64,000 bases of DNA from Eledone cirrhosa (Eukaryota): NCBI GenBank assembly GCA_964016885.1, contig OZ024755.1, positions 13,764,001 through 13,828,000 on the forward strand. Direction: 5' to 3'. The position numbers and the translations under genes were made by a program. The notes under the pieces were generated by a model that was not told the origin of the DNA, did not search any database, and saw only the letters and a program-made list of their open reading frames with translations. Below, piece by piece: positions 1-14,815 of the stretch (position 1 is its first letter; the number at the start of each line of letters is the position of its first letter).

Positions 1-35
<35 letters not shown>

Positions 36-165
36 AACATATATATATATATATATATATATATACATTTTGAGTATATGTTGGTTGTTTACCGACACCT
101 AAGTATATATATCTATCTATCTATCTATCTATCTAGATATCTGTATATATAACTATCTATCTATC

Positions 166-568
166 CTGTGCGTAATAGCCATGGCGAAAGAGGTTGTATG
201 GTGGACGCGTCTAAAAGGACTGAGGTCAGACTCCTTTCTCTCTGGCCAACAACTGGTCCGTTTCTTCCGATATCATTTCGGAAGAAGGATCAGGATGGAG
301 AGAGAGGTGCTGCACCCCAGCCGTTTTTATGAAAGAAGGGTGAAAGTGGCGAGAATGGCCCGTGTGAATGGGCCTCCACTTACATCAGACTATAGGTGAG
401 GAAGATGAAAGATCAAGGGAGCACCCCCTCTCTGTGCTCCTGAGGAGAAGGGTTGTACACTTTTTTTGTTATTGCCTCCTCCTTATTGAGGACGCCTTTT
501 TATGTAAACTCCCCCCCATTGTACTTGTCCCACTTTTTGATGCCCTGGTGGCAATTAAAAAGAAAGTT
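166..568 (+). mobile_element. 5'-truncated non-LTR retrotransposon 3' end, Tx1/L1-like (ORF2 C-terminus plus 3' UTR), within a (TATC)n/(TA)n microsatellite
   Basis: GC-richer island between ATCT repeats; frame 181-399 AMAKEVVWWTRLKGL...FFRYHFGRRIRMER resembles the AKxxIWxxR C-terminal motif of L1/Tx1 ORF2; followed by a UTR ending AATTAAAAAGAAAGTT then TATC repeats. Confidence 0.55.
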
Positions 569-800
569 ATCTATATCTATCTATATCTCTCTATATATAT
601 CTATATCTATCTATATCTACCTATATCTATCTCTATATATCTATATCTATCTATCTATATCTATATATATATCTATATATGTCTATCTATATCTATATAT
701 CTATCTATATCTATAATAATAAATTTGAAGACTAAAATCCAAAGAAGGCTCGATAAGGATAAATATATATCAAATATATAAGAACCGTAGAGCAAATATT

Positions 801-990
801 TATTAAAATAACAGATTAAAGTTTAAGGGAACGTTTCCACGAACCAAAGTATCGTCTTCCTGTCTTCATCCGGTTGTAACGTTTTTTGAAATATCCACTT
901 CTGCGTTTACAGATTGATCTTGTTAGTTTCAGAAGATCTCATTAAGGGTGAAAGCAGCGATTCTTTGCTTAAACTTTAATCTGTTATTTT

Positions 991-994
<4 letters not shown>
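801..994 (+). mobile_element. Fold-back mini-element, family H3 (probable PLE terminal-repeat fragment)
   Basis: 27-bp inverted repeat 801-827 / 968-994 (TATTAAAATAACAGATTAAAGTTTAAG) abutting (TA)n; the same 3' sequence GAAGATC..TTAAGGGTGAAAGCAGCGAT...TAATCTGTTATTTTAATA recurs at ~6905-7015, ~11679-11741 and ~11860-11922. Confidence 0.55.
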
Positions 995-1048
<54 letters not shown>

Positions 1049-1811
1049 CAGTAATAGTTAAACGATTGATATAGCACAAAAGAATGTTAACAATTCGGTC
1101 GTTAGCCTCTTATTGGAAGATACACTAAGAGACAGAATAAGAAATAGAAATAATAGACGAAAATAAAAAAATGGTGGAAGCGGAATTTTTGTGAGTTCCG
1201 CCAACCATTTTGTCTAAAACTTAAATAATGATAAAGTGTCACCGAAACATCAGGGCCGTGTTGTAAAGATACGAATGCATCTACTTATTTATATGTTTGT
1301 ATAAAGACGCTCTATCTCTTCAACAAACCAGCTTGTTTCTAAATCTCTCTCTCCACACACATATATATAAACGTCTTTTGTAATTTAACTCTTTTGTGAC
1401 TATATCGCTAATGAAATTAATTCAGTTCCACTTAATAATTTGATGGATTAAGGAAAATTAATTTTGATTTCATTATTGAGATTGTATCTTAATATATAGT
1501 TTTTATATAAAATTATGTTGGAAATTATGTTATTTTAAATAGGAAACCTTTTAAATCGTTGGTTTTGATTCATAGGCACAGGACTGGTTTTAGGTGAGTT
1601 ATAGCAATGTAAAGCACAATTTAAAAGAAACAAAACTGAACAAATACATGAGCAGGACACGAACCTTACATTCATTACTTTCCTGGTAATCACATTAACC
1701 ATCTATCACGTTCACTATAAAAGTTTTCGTTTCACAAATTCGATTTAAAAGAAATTGAACTCTACTACTACTACTGCCGCCAACACCATATATATATATA
1801 TATATATATAT

Positions 1812-1969
1812 AAAACGAAAAACCAGTGATGTATCTGAACTCTATGTATTGTGTGTTACAATTGTTTCGCCAGCGGACAGCTCGAGACACGATCATTGTG
1901 TGGATCTGTCTGATTCTGGATCCGCAGGTTCGACGGACACGTCTAATGATTTCGGAACCAATTCTCTCT

Positions 1970-1970
<1 letters not shown>
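1812..1970 (-). mobile_element. PLE terminal-repeat fragment with degenerate hammerhead (1853-1940) in (TA)n
   Basis: Minus strand: GTGT-CCGTCGA-a-CCTGCGGA...TCCGCTGGC-GAAA-CAATTG-TA-ACAC, then a ~40-nt tail and (TA)n; second partial copy at ~50980-51058. Confidence 0.55.
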
Positions 1971-2011
<41 letters not shown>

Positions 2012-2021
2012 ATTATATATA

Positions 2022-2096
<75 letters not shown>

Positions 2097-2111
2097 TATA
2101 TATATTATATA

Positions 2112-2150
<39 letters not shown>

Positions 2151-2454
2151 TATATGTGCACATGTCTGTTTCTTTGTCCCGTTGTAGTTTCCAAACTTGA
2201 AAACATTAATACTAGAAGTTAGTGCCCCAGCATGGCTACAGCCTTATGACTAAAAGAATAAAAGAAGAATATTTATTCTAATGTTCTTCCACAGTTACCA
2301 AATATCTTTCAAAAATTAATTTGTGCTTTCATTCCTTACATTCATAATTACATTTTTGCCATAAATATAATTATATTTTCATAATAAATGTAATTATATT
2401 TTACCGTATATTTAATAACATTTCTTTAATGTAGTCTGATTAGATTACATTAGT

Positions 2455-2640
2455 GACAGCGCCTGGTCTAGTAGGGCTTTTGAATCATATGGTGTGTGTT
2501 CGATTCGTAGACCGGGTGAGGTGTTGTTTTCTTGAGCCAAAATAAACTATATTTCAGGTTACCCATTCTGCCAGGATTTGCAGCCGGCAGATAGTCTCAG
2601 CAATGGAAAGACTAATGAAAACATGGTTTCCTTTGTGCGA
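2455..2640 (+). mobile_element. tRNA-derived SINE, family B (degenerate)
   Basis: GTTCGATTC B-box followed by GTGTTGTTTTCTTGAGC core, similar to 35888-36135. Confidence 0.5.
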
Positions 2641-3937
2641 TCGGACAACCGGCTCCTTCTTAGATAACACTTTCATATTGATGGTTTATTGTGGGTGATT
2701 GATGTATCTGATTACCCACTTGGGAGGGAGAAAATGCCATTTGGACAAACCTTCTTTGCTTTTAATATTCTTTTACTGGCGCTGGAGCAAAACTTTCAAG
2801 AGATTGACATGATCATATCGATCGATCAAAGGACATATTTTCTCAGACATTCTGCTAAATACTTCTGTTACACACACACACACACACACTAATGTCTCGT
2901 TGTAGCCCGTTATGTTATAATAGACTTTCCTTTTCTTACCTTTAGGATTGAAATTATTTTAATGGGGGTTGCTATTCCATCATTTTTTGAGGGGGGGGGG
3001 GGGTTCTTGAAGGCAAATCTAGGGGTGATTTGCTTATATGTCTGATTGTCATTGGGTCTTACTGATATTTTTAATTCATTCCATTTTGAACGTAACATTA
3101 TTAAAGATGTAGATTATTTTTTATAAACCCTACTTGACAAACAACCACCACATTTACTTGCTAACCGACAATGCACCACATTGCATGACAAAGCAACAGA
3201 CAGATAGTTATAAAGTCAACCATCGTATAAAAATAGCCACAAGGAACTTATAGCAGCTAATTCTTCCTCAAATCACACTATAACATCTTAAAGAAGGATA
3301 ATGTAGTTCTAGATATATTATGTCTGAAAATAAAATGTGATTGCTACAATAGAACACCTTCGACCATAGGTCTGCTTGATCAGAACTGGCTTACGGCCAG
3401 ACAGCAACAACATAAAAGATTAGTCACGGAAGCTATATAAATAGTAAAAATATAAAGTAAGACTCGATAGACAACACATCATGATAACAAAGCGACACCA
3501 GACACCATAGCTAAACTTATTTCCTGTCTGATGAAAGAAACCTAACACCGCTGGTCAGAATATTTTATGTCTGGTGACAATCGATAAAAAAAAAGAGAGA
3601 AAATAAATATAACACAGCAACAACAGCATTTCTCGAATAATAAATAAACATAAAATCAACCATGATAGTAATAATAATAATAACAGATGCCATTATAAAC
3701 CATTCTTTCATCGAGAAAGAAAAAAAATACTAAAATGGTCTTGAAATGGTGTTAAAAAATTATTGTTCCAGAACAAAGATATGTCAAAAGTGGAGATTAG
3801 TCATGTCTTCAATAAAACAGGTTGAAAAGAAAAGCTACCCCTTCATCGGCACACGCACACACACACATGATTTACAGGTAACAATAAACATTTCTTGATA
3901 GAGTAGCTCCATTACTAAGTAGTGTTTGTATAATATC

Positions 3938-4014
3938 TCGGTTGACTGTTACTCGAGTTTCGCCGAACTTCACAGGATGACTCGCCGGTGTCATCGGCGA
4001 AACACGAGAACCGA
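3938..4014. mobile_element. Small fold-back element with hammerhead-like halves
   Basis: Imperfect arms 3938-3966 / 3994-4014 (..TTTCGCCGA / TCGGCGAAA..); the left arm on the minus strand reads CGGC-GAAA-CTCGAG-TA-ACAG; ends in TA repeats. Confidence 0.4.
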
Positions 4015-5706
4015 TATATATATAAATATAAATATATATAATAATAATAAATGCTTGTTTTGTTTTTTTAGTTTTGTGTAATAAACCTGCTAAAACACTG
4101 AATGTGATTCATGATTGTAGTATTGACTGTTTTCTTCGAGGGATTCGCCGACACACACACTTCTAACACGTATTTCTAGGCACTTCTAACACAGATGTTT
4201 TGATGTATTGACCACGATTACCTCGTCTCTTCTATCAATCTAAATATGAGTTAAAATTGTACTCCCTATATGAAAACCTTGTAACACGTAAGCCAACACA
4301 ATTAACAGAAGCGATATGCACGTGCAGCCAACTATATAATGCAGATGTGATAATAAATATATGAAGCAGGAGTTACCAGCACAAAAACCGATACGAGATA
4401 CTAATGACTATATGTATCTCTACTTGATATAACAACGCATATAGACAGAATTCTGTAAAATGAATATTTTAAGGTACATTTATTTGACCCTGGCTTATGT
4501 AGTTCTAAATATAATATTCTGCAATAAGTTTACAGTTTGTTCCAAACACAGCATGTGCTTACATAATAAATGAAGGTTAAACATTTTAAAACACTCATAA
4601 AATATTAAGAATAGCTTCAACAAATGCTTCTGAGACACAGAGAATATCAAATACTGACACCTGCTTTAAAGATTTGTGCAGTTCTAAAATTTACTCAAAA
4701 TAAAACCAGGCGTTGTACATGTTTTGGATGTATCATCCGAGTCAAAACTTCCATCAATTTTTTTTTTACACTGCTTCATTATTATTGATTTTTAATGGAA
4801 AGCTCTGATGTGGGGTGGGGGATATAGCGCTCATGGTCCCTGCATCTCCACGGTCGTTACCAAGACAGTAAAATAGAAAACATTTCTACTTACTGTGAAT
4901 ATCAAATCAAAATTCAGTGAGAAGAATTATATCCATAGGCAGCTGACGCAAGACCTTACAGCTAATGCATTCAATTTAATTCAATTCAATTTAAGCTCAT
5001 GATTCTAATCTTTCTGTATGTATTTAGTTATGTGACAATATTTATAGAGTAAACTTGGTAAAATAAAGTTCTTAACGAAAGAAAATAATGTCTTGTTTGA
5101 ATTCTCTAAATTCAATCAATTAGTGAACCGGTTCAACTGAATGAGATCTTCCAATAAATGGCGGTTAAGAAAAGATTCAACAACAAAAACATTTAACTGT
5201 TTTAGACATGTCCTTGTTTTTCACCTTACTTTCGTATATTTTACCCCCTCGTGTTTTGTTTCTTAATTATAAGGGGTATTAGATACCTTGCTTAGTGTAT
5301 CATATGTTACCAACTTTACACGAACGTTTAAATTGGTTAATCACAAAATATTCCTGTGCTGATACCATTGACAATAGATCACATTTGAAGAATAAAACAT
5401 ATTTTCAAATATGTTACTTGGCAATCTTACCTCCCCTAAACTACGCTAATTACTTTACTAGTACGGTACAGAGTGATAAACTTAGTCAGGCTGCTGCCGA
5501 TATATATATATATGCATGTGTGTGAATCTTCTTGCTCTGCCATATAGCTTTGAAGCGCGCTCTTGCGTCAAAATCTGATGACAGCTTTGTATGAATCTAT
5601 CACGATTGGAATGCTTTGATAATTGGTCTGCTCATTCAGAGCTTAAGTGGAGCTAAACACCAACAGCAACTACATCAACAGCTATGATGTTAACCTCCTA
5701 GGTGAG

Positions 5707-6006
5707 TGACACTCCGTCGGTTACGACAATGAGTGTTCCAGTTGAACAGAACAGCCTGCTCGCCGGCCTGCTTGCGAAATTAACGTGCACGTGGCTGCGC
5801 ATTCTACCGACACGCGTACCCTTAACGCAGTTCTCAGTGAGATTCAGCGTGCAACAGAATATTGACAAGGCCGGCCTTTCGAATTATAGGCATAATTCCT
5901 TTTTGCCAGTTGGACCAGCAACTTGAAATAAAGTACCTTGCTCAAAGACACATCATGCTGCTGGGAATCGAACTCACGACCGTAAGATCGTGAACCAAAT
6001 ACCCAC
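5707..6006 (-). mobile_element. tRNA-derived SINE, family B (near full length)
   Basis: Minus strand B-box GTTCGATTCC, core GTGTCTTTGAGCAAGGTACTTTATTTCA, and a tail shared with 26700-26950, 42030-42160, 48411-48640, 59990-60240 and 62210-62300. Confidence 0.7.
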
Positions 6007-6451
6007 GCTCCTTCACAAACTCCTCAGCATATACGTATTGCTTCTATCATTTTTGTGGAGTGCAGACGTTTATAATTTTCCCCCCAAAATGACTAATTTT
6101 ATAGAGTATGCTGGTTATACGTACCCTCAGCATTGCACCACTGCTCATGAGTAGACTTATGTCTTCTCTTATCATTGTTACTGTTGTTGTAATTGGTGAT
6201 GATGTTCGCCATGTCCTTGTACACTGTTGTATCACTCTGACTCTTTCAATTATATCCTGCACCATCTCCACTAATGATCTTTTGTTTTTAGCTATTTCCT
6301 AATGAGCTCACGTTCTAATTTATTTTCTAATTACCTGATGTATTGTATGTATATATATATATATATATATAAATGACGTCATATATATATATATATACGC
6401 ATATATATCCCAATGACGTCATATATATATGTATTCATATATATATGTATG

Positions 6452-6503
<52 letters not shown>

Positions 6504-6505
6504 CA

Positions 6506-6575
<70 letters not shown>

Positions 6576-6584
6576 TGTGTGTGT

Positions 6585-6847
6585 ATATATCTAAAACAGA
6601 CAATGCCTGTCTGTCTGACTCCCTAAAACTCGAGAACCACCCAAACAATTTTTTTCAAACTTTACACATGTAATACTTATGATCGTGTGAGTGTTTTGAG
6701 CAAAAGATATTTCAAATTTTCAATGCCCTACGGACCGCATTAGATAGTTATAACGTCGCGCCCTTATAATATCTGTCTGTATGTCTGGTTGTCTGCATTA
6801 CAAACATTATGGCATTATCTGTGTGTATGTGTATATATGTATATATA

Positions 6848-6895
<48 letters not shown>

Positions 6896-7463
6896 TGTAA
6901 TGTGTTTCGAAATATTTAGTTCTGCGTTCACAGATAGATTTTTTTAGTTTCAGAAGATCCCGTTAAGGGTGAAAGCAGCGATTCTTCGCTTAAATTTTAA
7001 TCTGTTATTTTAATATATATAATTATATATTCGTGTACAGATATTTTTGCATACACAATAACAAAATATAAACAAACGTATTTATTTCACGAGGTTCGAT
7101 GAGGATAAATATATATCAAATATATAAGAACCCTAGAGCAAATATTGTTCTCATTGCTGACGAGGCAGAGGGGATATAGATGATTGGCTGAAGAAGGACG
7201 AGACTGTGTTAGTAGTACGACCAACGGCCGCTATCACACCAACATCAGCAAAAACAACAACAAAAAAGAGAGGGAACACAATTACATGCTTTTGAAAAAT
7301 CTTAATTGAAAATTATTTGCCTATTCACCCAAGGCGATTTCACTTTTTATTAGGACTTCTGCATCAATTGCTGAACATACGACGAAACTGTTTCAGAAAA
7401 GAGGGATAAACATGGTATCTATGTTTAGATAGAATCCCGAGCAACGCCGGGCCATTCTGCTAG
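6585..7463 (+). mobile_element. Non-autonomous Helitron with nested (TA)n and H3 fragment
   Basis: 3' hairpin CCCGAGCAACGCCGGG (7436-7451), 8-nt spacer, CTAG (7460-7463) followed by T; 5' region TCTAAAA..GTCTGTCTG..AAAACTCGAGAAC resembles invertebrate Helitron 5' ends; 5' boundary approximate. Confidence 0.6.
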
Positions 7464-7570
7464 TATATATTAAAAGAGACAAACTCAGAGGTACAAAACA
7501 ATATATATATATATATATATATATATTTATCGAGCCCTCTTTGGATTTTAGTCTTCAAATTTATTATTAT

Positions 7571-7638
<68 letters not shown>

Positions 7639-8171
7639 GTATATATATATATGAGCTTGCGCGTGCGTAGGTATATCTGACGTCATGTACTCTCTGTAAT
7701 CTACTGACGACATGTACTCTCTCTCTCTATCTATCTACATATATATATATTATATTATATATATATATATATGTGCATTCTGTGGATGTTCAATATAGCA
7801 ATATATGTATTACCATTGGTTTATGATATATAAGCATTTAATTTATACAACGAGTTACATTCCAGATAGAACCAATTACAAATTTCTTTAGCTGAATTGA
7901 CTGGAACTACATGAAGTTAAGTTCCCTGCTTAACATCACAAATCACTACCCACTCTGGTGTATGAATCTACATCTTTATGATCGTGAACTCAACATCTCT
8001 AACAGCTAGGCCAAAATGGATCCTTCGTCGATATCCTTTTATCAACTGAACGTCCAACTCGTGAATTAATGTGCATGTGGCTGAGTATTCCACAGAGATG
8101 TGCATGGTTAACGAAATTCTTCTGAAGAGTAAACAGAACACAGTGTGTGATGGCATAGCTGTCTTTTCAAA

Positions 8172-8336
8172 TTTCCATTCGATGGGATTCCAAACAGTTT
8201 CCGTGTATCTAAATTCACTCTCAGTGCTTGGATCTATCCGACTCTATGTTAAAAACTTTTGGTCAAGATGCCTCTCAGTAAGATCAAATTCGGAACCTCA
8301 TGGTTGTGAAGCGAACTTGTTAACCACTCCACCATG
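8172..8336 (-). mobile_element. tRNA-derived SINE, family C (CORE-like)
   Basis: Minus strand GGAGTGGTTAACAAGTTCGCTTCACAACCATGAGGTTCCG...GGCATCTTGACCAAAAG; relatives at 15160-15317, 18390-18872, 34530-34665, 41843-41995, 48680-48813. Confidence 0.6.
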
Positions 8337-9166
8337 TCAGAATTCGATATTCAGTATACAGTGAAGTACCTGTGTTTAGATAAGTTTGTTTGTTGGAGAA
8401 GTAAAGGAAACTGACGCTTCGGAGGATGACACATTGTCTGTTAAAATATATTTTTCAACTGAATTCTATTTGAAAAGTGTACCTTCTTCCTGACGAATTG
8501 TCCTTAACGAAACGTTGGATTTGTAACTTACAGCATACAGAGTTGTCCAACTTTATTGCATATAATTTTCCTGTATAATCTACCATTTATTGTAATGACA
8601 CAAGGACTGCGTGGGTAGATATGTTCGACTGATGACTATAAGGTCAGGGGTTCGACCACTGGGCCGTGCTGTGCGTTGTGACATTGAGCAAAACACACCG
8701 TTTAACTGTATAATATTTCCTTATGTACATCGCCGCCATCATTACGAACAGTTCCCCCTGATTGTGTCTTTATGTATGTGTTATTACAGTGTTAACGATA
8801 GGAAGGAAATAAACGTGATTCTGAATCAAGAACTAAACGTCACAAAGTTGTTTGACATCATTTATTCCCATTGAACAGCCATTGGGTTTTGATAGATGGT
8901 AGTGGTGGGACCTGGACATGCTGTAGAATAATTTTACGGCACACATCAAATGCTGGTTTCAAACCAAGTGGAGTATTTCATGCATGAAAAACCACGTCTC
9001 CGTTGAAGAAACACATTATTAAAACACACACACACATATATATATATATTTTATGTATATACACTCCAACACACTTATGTATGTACATACATACAAATAA
9101 CATATATATAAGAATATATATTTATATATACATTGATAAATACATATGTCTATATATATATATATA

Positions 9167-9229
<63 letters not shown>

Positions 9230-9298
9230 GGAATAGAATTAAACGAAATTTCATTTCTCACTCTTAGTACGGCAGTTACTTAATACATACATACTTAC

Positions 9299-9372
<74 letters not shown>

Positions 9373-9595
9373 AGTAATACACCGTATCAATTAACATGGA
9401 TGGTCACGATTTCTCACATATCACTGCAGATCCTTAAAATTCAAGTATTTCCCTCCAAACTTCTATTCATGGTATCAATACATAAATATACAACATATAA
9501 TATTACTCTTCGGCCAAACACGCCTCATTCCCTTTTACTTAGCCTCTTTACCTTAGAAAGAACATGTGCTGAATGGATGTATGTATGCATGTATG

Positions 9596-10350
9596 TCAGG
9601 TCACCAGTTTGTGCTACTGGTAACATGTATCCCAGTACAACCTGTCTCATGGTCGGGTCGTTGGCGACTAAACTGGCAACCCCACCAAGGTTTCTTGGTG
9701 AGGAGGGTGACTTTGGACATCCTGCAGGACTAAAAACAAAACCTGTCAAAGGGCAAAGGAGCTCTTAAGAGTCAATGGCCATCCAAAATCACCGGGAGAG
9801 ATGACCCCTTAGGCTTTGTCAAGGCAGAATTCTAGGAGAAGGAAAACTCTGATATAACATCTGCAACCCTGATGGTATCCAATGATGTTGACTTGTTCTT
9901 CTTTTTGGTAAATATCATCTTGGTTAAGAGAGTGGGACTGGCTTTGTGCAGTGGCTTTGCTCACTATAAAAGCTTCACGGCACAGGCATTGCTTTATATC
10001 TGTAGATCTCTCTGCACTTGTCGTCACATGGTACCATGGGCCCAGCACTATGTGTCAGTAATTGTCACAAGTGTAGTGTTTGTACCAGAGTTTTCAAGTC
10101 GCTGGCTGGACTAAAAAGTCACACTCGTTCAGCGCATCGGTAGGGGTTCTCCTACATGGATATAAAGTAGTGGCCGTACTCGAAAACGAATTGGCAGCCA
10201 CCATGTATGTATGTATGGACCCGTAATTCTTGAGGGAGTCGTAGGGGCGCCGTATTGACATACAGCCTTTGTCGGGCACTTTTAAAGCCGGCAGCTCCCA
10301 GGACTGAAGACCGAAGATTTCTTCCAGAGAAGAATAAAGAGAACAGAAAG
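9596..10350. mobile_element. GC-richer interspersed-repeat fragments, probably LINE UTR-derived
   Basis: Compositional island associated with (TATG)n runs; contains CTAGGAGAAGGAAAACTCTGA, reminiscent of RTE-type 5' UTRs; no coding motif recognised. Confidence 0.3.
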
Positions 10351-10485
10351 AGAGACACCAGTACTAAACTGTTACTTTTTGTTGACCTTAAATGGATTTC
10401 TCACAAGGCTTCTACTGAGATAACTGCGCCATGATCGCAGCTACAAATATTCATAGCGAGACTTATATATGTTTATTATACTAAG

Positions 10486-10674
10486 TGCGGTGGTTTGGCA
10501 GTATCGGTAGAGGGTCGGACGCCATGCTTTCCAACATAGTTACGTTCCTTTACGATCTGAGTTCAAATCCCGCCGAGGTTGACTTTGCCTTTCATCCTTA
10601 AGGGGTCGATAAAATAAAGTACCAGTAATGCACTGGGTAATTTCTGGCCTTGTGCCTAAAGTAGAAACAATTAT
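10486..10674 (+). mobile_element. tRNA-derived SINE, family A (young short form)
   Basis: A-box-like TGGCAGTATCGG, B-box GTTCAAATCC, central TTTGCCTTTCATCCTT..GGGGTCGATAAAATAAAGTACCAG; nearly identical to 39662-39843 (minus). Confidence 0.8.
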
Positions 10675-10825
10675 ACAATATCACATAATATTTATCTTCT
10701 TATACACCTCTATCATCAATCACGGTATGTTTGTGCTACTACTAACCATACAAATACACAGGGTGAGTGTATGAATTTCTGTAGGCGTCTTAATGTGGCA
10801 TATATAGTCTTGATGTAAATACTTA

Positions 10826-11200
<375 letters not shown>

Positions 11201-11557
11201 GTGCGTGCATCAATGAACATGTGTAAAATTTGTATATATATATATATATACCACATGCACACACATACAAACATATACCATGTCCGGGTGGAAATTTTGG
11301 CAAGACGATCGGAAGGGATTTGGACGTAAATGGAAGTCTATGCTGGAAATAGCATAGTAAAACCAAAACACAGACTCTAGACATCGTTATTGGTGTTGCT
11401 CCAGCATTGTCAGAATCTCAATAATTAAACAACGAGACCATTACGTGTGTGTATGCATCTATGTATCTGCGTATGTGTGTGTGTGTATGTATGTATGTAT
11501 GTATGTATGTTTTTTTGTTTGTCTGATGTATCTGTGTAGGCTGGCGGCGGCTCTATT

Positions 11558-11618
<61 letters not shown>

Positions 11619-11622
<4 letters not shown>

Positions 11623-11738
11623 TAAGTTAAAAATGTACATCTATATATATATATAATAGTAGTAATAATAATAAATGTGAAGATCCTGTTAAGGGTGAAA
11701 GCAGCGATACTTTACTTAAACTTTAATCTGTTATTTTA

Positions 11739-11795
<57 letters not shown>

Positions 11796-11919
11796 TATAC
11801 AATTAAGTTAAAAATGTACATCTATATATATATATAATAGTAGTAATAATAATAAATGTGAAGATCCTGTTAAGGGTGAAAGCAGCGATACTTTACTTAA
11901 ACTTTAATCTGTTATTTTA

Positions 11920-11960
<41 letters not shown>
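11619..11960. repeat. Tandem duplication, ~181-bp period, containing an H3 3' end
   Basis: CAATTAAGTTAAAAATGTACATC... starts at 11619 and again at 11800. Confidence 0.8.
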
Positions 11961-11999
<39 letters not shown>

Positions 12000-12864
12000 C
12001 TGTGTGTGTCTGTGTGTGTGTGTTTGTATGTGTGTCCCTTTATTCTAGTGTATATGCGAAGTCGACTGGTACATACTTTATCGATGCCTCAAGGATGAAA
12101 GATAAATTCAACCCCAGAGATAAATGAACTCAGAACATTCCGTTAATCATCGCCTTTAAAATCATAATAGCAGAGGTTTGTAATTCCAGCAGTATTCCAC
12201 ATATTTCCAGTAGTTGAACATCGTCAGGTAAATAGGCCCCATGACATTTGGGCGTTGATTTTGCAAAGTCGTTAGAGTGCTGGACAAATACCTTAAGGTC
12301 TTTGTTCCGGCTCTCTGCGCTTAGTTGCAATCCTGCCGTAGTCAACGTTGTATTTCATCCTTTTGCGATCTATACAGTGTGTTAGATTGGTAGAATTGTT
12401 AGAGCGTCGGACGTGAGGCCTCGTGGTATTTGTTCTGAACCTTTACATTCTCTGTTCAAATCGCGTTGTGGTCTACTCGCATGGCAAATCTAAACTCTCA
12501 CTCGGTTTAACAACACGATTTAGGCCTTGGGTGCCTTTTGTGGAATCCATTCTGTTGCAAGCATTCGGTTGAGGTCTAAAAACGAAGATACTTTTCCAAC
12601 CCCTCTTTGCCTCCCGCCATTCTCAGAGATTCTGAAAAGGGCCATGGACACTATTGGTTCCTCTCTAAACAGGTATCAATAAACGACCAATGAGATTTAG
12701 ATTATGTAGAAAACTGTTTCATATTTCTGCTTTCCCTAATATATATTACTATTTAAACATTGCATGTGTTTATAGATACACAAACAAATATAAACACACA
12801 ATCACACCAGTTATATGGCGTGGAAATATGCTTGGGTAAAGGAATGGAATGTTGTGTATTTGCG

Positions 12865-13210
12865 GAGCAGTAGTCTCACACAGTGATATCATCTCTTTGA
12901 GGAACTGTAGCCTCACATAGTGATGCCATCTCATGGAGGACAGTAACCTCAGTAATACCATCTATTTGAGGGTCTTTAGCCTTACACAATGATACCATAT
13001 CTTTGAGGGTCTGTCGCCTCACATAGTGATACCATCTCTTTTAAGAAGAATGTTTAAGTGACAGTAGCCTCACACAGTGATACCATCTTTTTTAAATGGT
13101 ATGCTGTGTATTTGAGGGACACTAACTTCACTCAGTGATATTATCTCTTTCAAATGTTATATTGTGTATTTGAGGGAGAGTAACCTCATACAGCATCACC
13201 GTCTCTTTCA
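12865..13210. repeat. Degenerate minisatellite, ~37-bp core unit
   Basis: About 8 copies of GTAGCCTCACACAGTGATACCATCTCTTTGAGGG-like unit; later copies carry extra spacer. Confidence 0.75.
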
Positions 13211-13677
13211 AAACAAAATCTAACGATATGTTCATATAGTTTTTTCCGTCATGTAAGTTCCCCAATAATGACGTCGTCGCTTTCGTTCAGCTAAAGAAAC
13301 CGTTATTAATCTATTATATCATTCCAAAGTTTTAATGTTAGTAGTCAAGTACTATGATATATCTAGTAGTGTATGGAATCGTAAAACAGAAAATACGGGT
13401 TAAATAATTAAATAAATATTTTATAGAGGAGGCAATAATCACCTGGTAACTCAGGAATAGACACGACTGAGAAACACACGCCACACACGATTAAGTAACA
13501 CACACACATTACTAAAACAGATACTTACTTACTACCCCACCACCACCCCATCCACACGTTTAAGCAGAGATATAGAAATGTTGCTGAATCAGACAAGAAA
13601 AAATGTAAATTTATGCGATTACAGCAAATTATATCCACAGAAGTGGGTAGCAGAGATGTACAAACCCAAATGATATA

Positions 13678-13710
<33 letters not shown>

Positions 13711-13726
13711 TATACATATACACACT

Positions 13727-13806
<80 letters not shown>

Positions 13807-14007
13807 TATCTTTGTGTGTGTCCGTCAGTATATATGCCTATGAATATACGTATGTACACTTATATATATGTGTATACATACCTGTGTGTGCATGTGCATC
13901 TACTCATACATGTATCTATAAATTTAAATAAACACAGGCACATACTTACATATATACATTCACACACAGCCACAGACACAAATTTATAGATACATGCATG
14001 AGTATAT

Positions 14008-14105
<98 letters not shown>

Positions 14106-14184
14106 GTTTATATATATGCTTTTGTGTATAAATGCAAATACATGAGTATGAATATATATTTGTTAGAGTTCAATTCACTTCCAC

Positions 14185-14292
14185 TACTTCAAGTTTGGTG
14201 CCAAGAGGCTGCCATCTGATAACATATTAACGAACGTTTTGAAAATTTGATATTCCATATGACATCCACCTCTACGGCGCTAAACTTGAAGT
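14185..14292. mobile_element. Small inverted-repeat (MITE-like) element between (TA)n tracts
   Basis: ACTTCAAGTTTGGTGCCAAGAGG versus CCTCTACGGCGCTAAACTTGAAGT, an imperfect ~23-bp inverted repeat. Confidence 0.4.
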
Positions 14293-14306
14293 GATCGAGA
14301 TACAAC

Positions 14307-14394
<88 letters not shown>

Positions 14395-14492
14395 GTATAT
14401 ATATATATATATGTAGTCGATTACACGTATTGATTATAGTTTACCTTGTTCGTACCTCTACTTCAAAACATAATATCCAATATATATACGTG

Positions 14493-14534
<42 letters not shown>

Positions 14535-14548
14535 CATGAACATATACG

Positions 14549-14604
<56 letters not shown>

Positions 14605-14623
14605 CATATACATATATATATAC

Positions 14624-14690
<67 letters not shown>

Positions 14691-14703
14691 CATATATATA
14701 TAC

Positions 14704-14815
<112 letters not shown>

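Noticed and set aside
6373-6422. TGACGTCA (CRE) palindromes, also at ~7678 and ~35687
   Set aside because: Short motifs in or beside microsatellites and repeats, with no promoter context.
10486-10580. tRNA genes at the A/B-box-containing heads
   Set aside because: No complete cloverleaf; each head continues into a repeated SINE body.
12865-13210. Repeat-spacer appearance suggesting a CRISPR array (also 32381-32685)
   Set aside because: Units are degenerate and mostly contiguous, spacers are not unique, there are no cas genes, and the context is eukaryotic.
13525-13605. Possible minus-strand micro-exon (polypyrimidine-CAG ... GTAAGT); similar donor at ~4890
   Set aside because: Splice-like signals only, no recognisable coding content or partner exons; needs RNA-seq.
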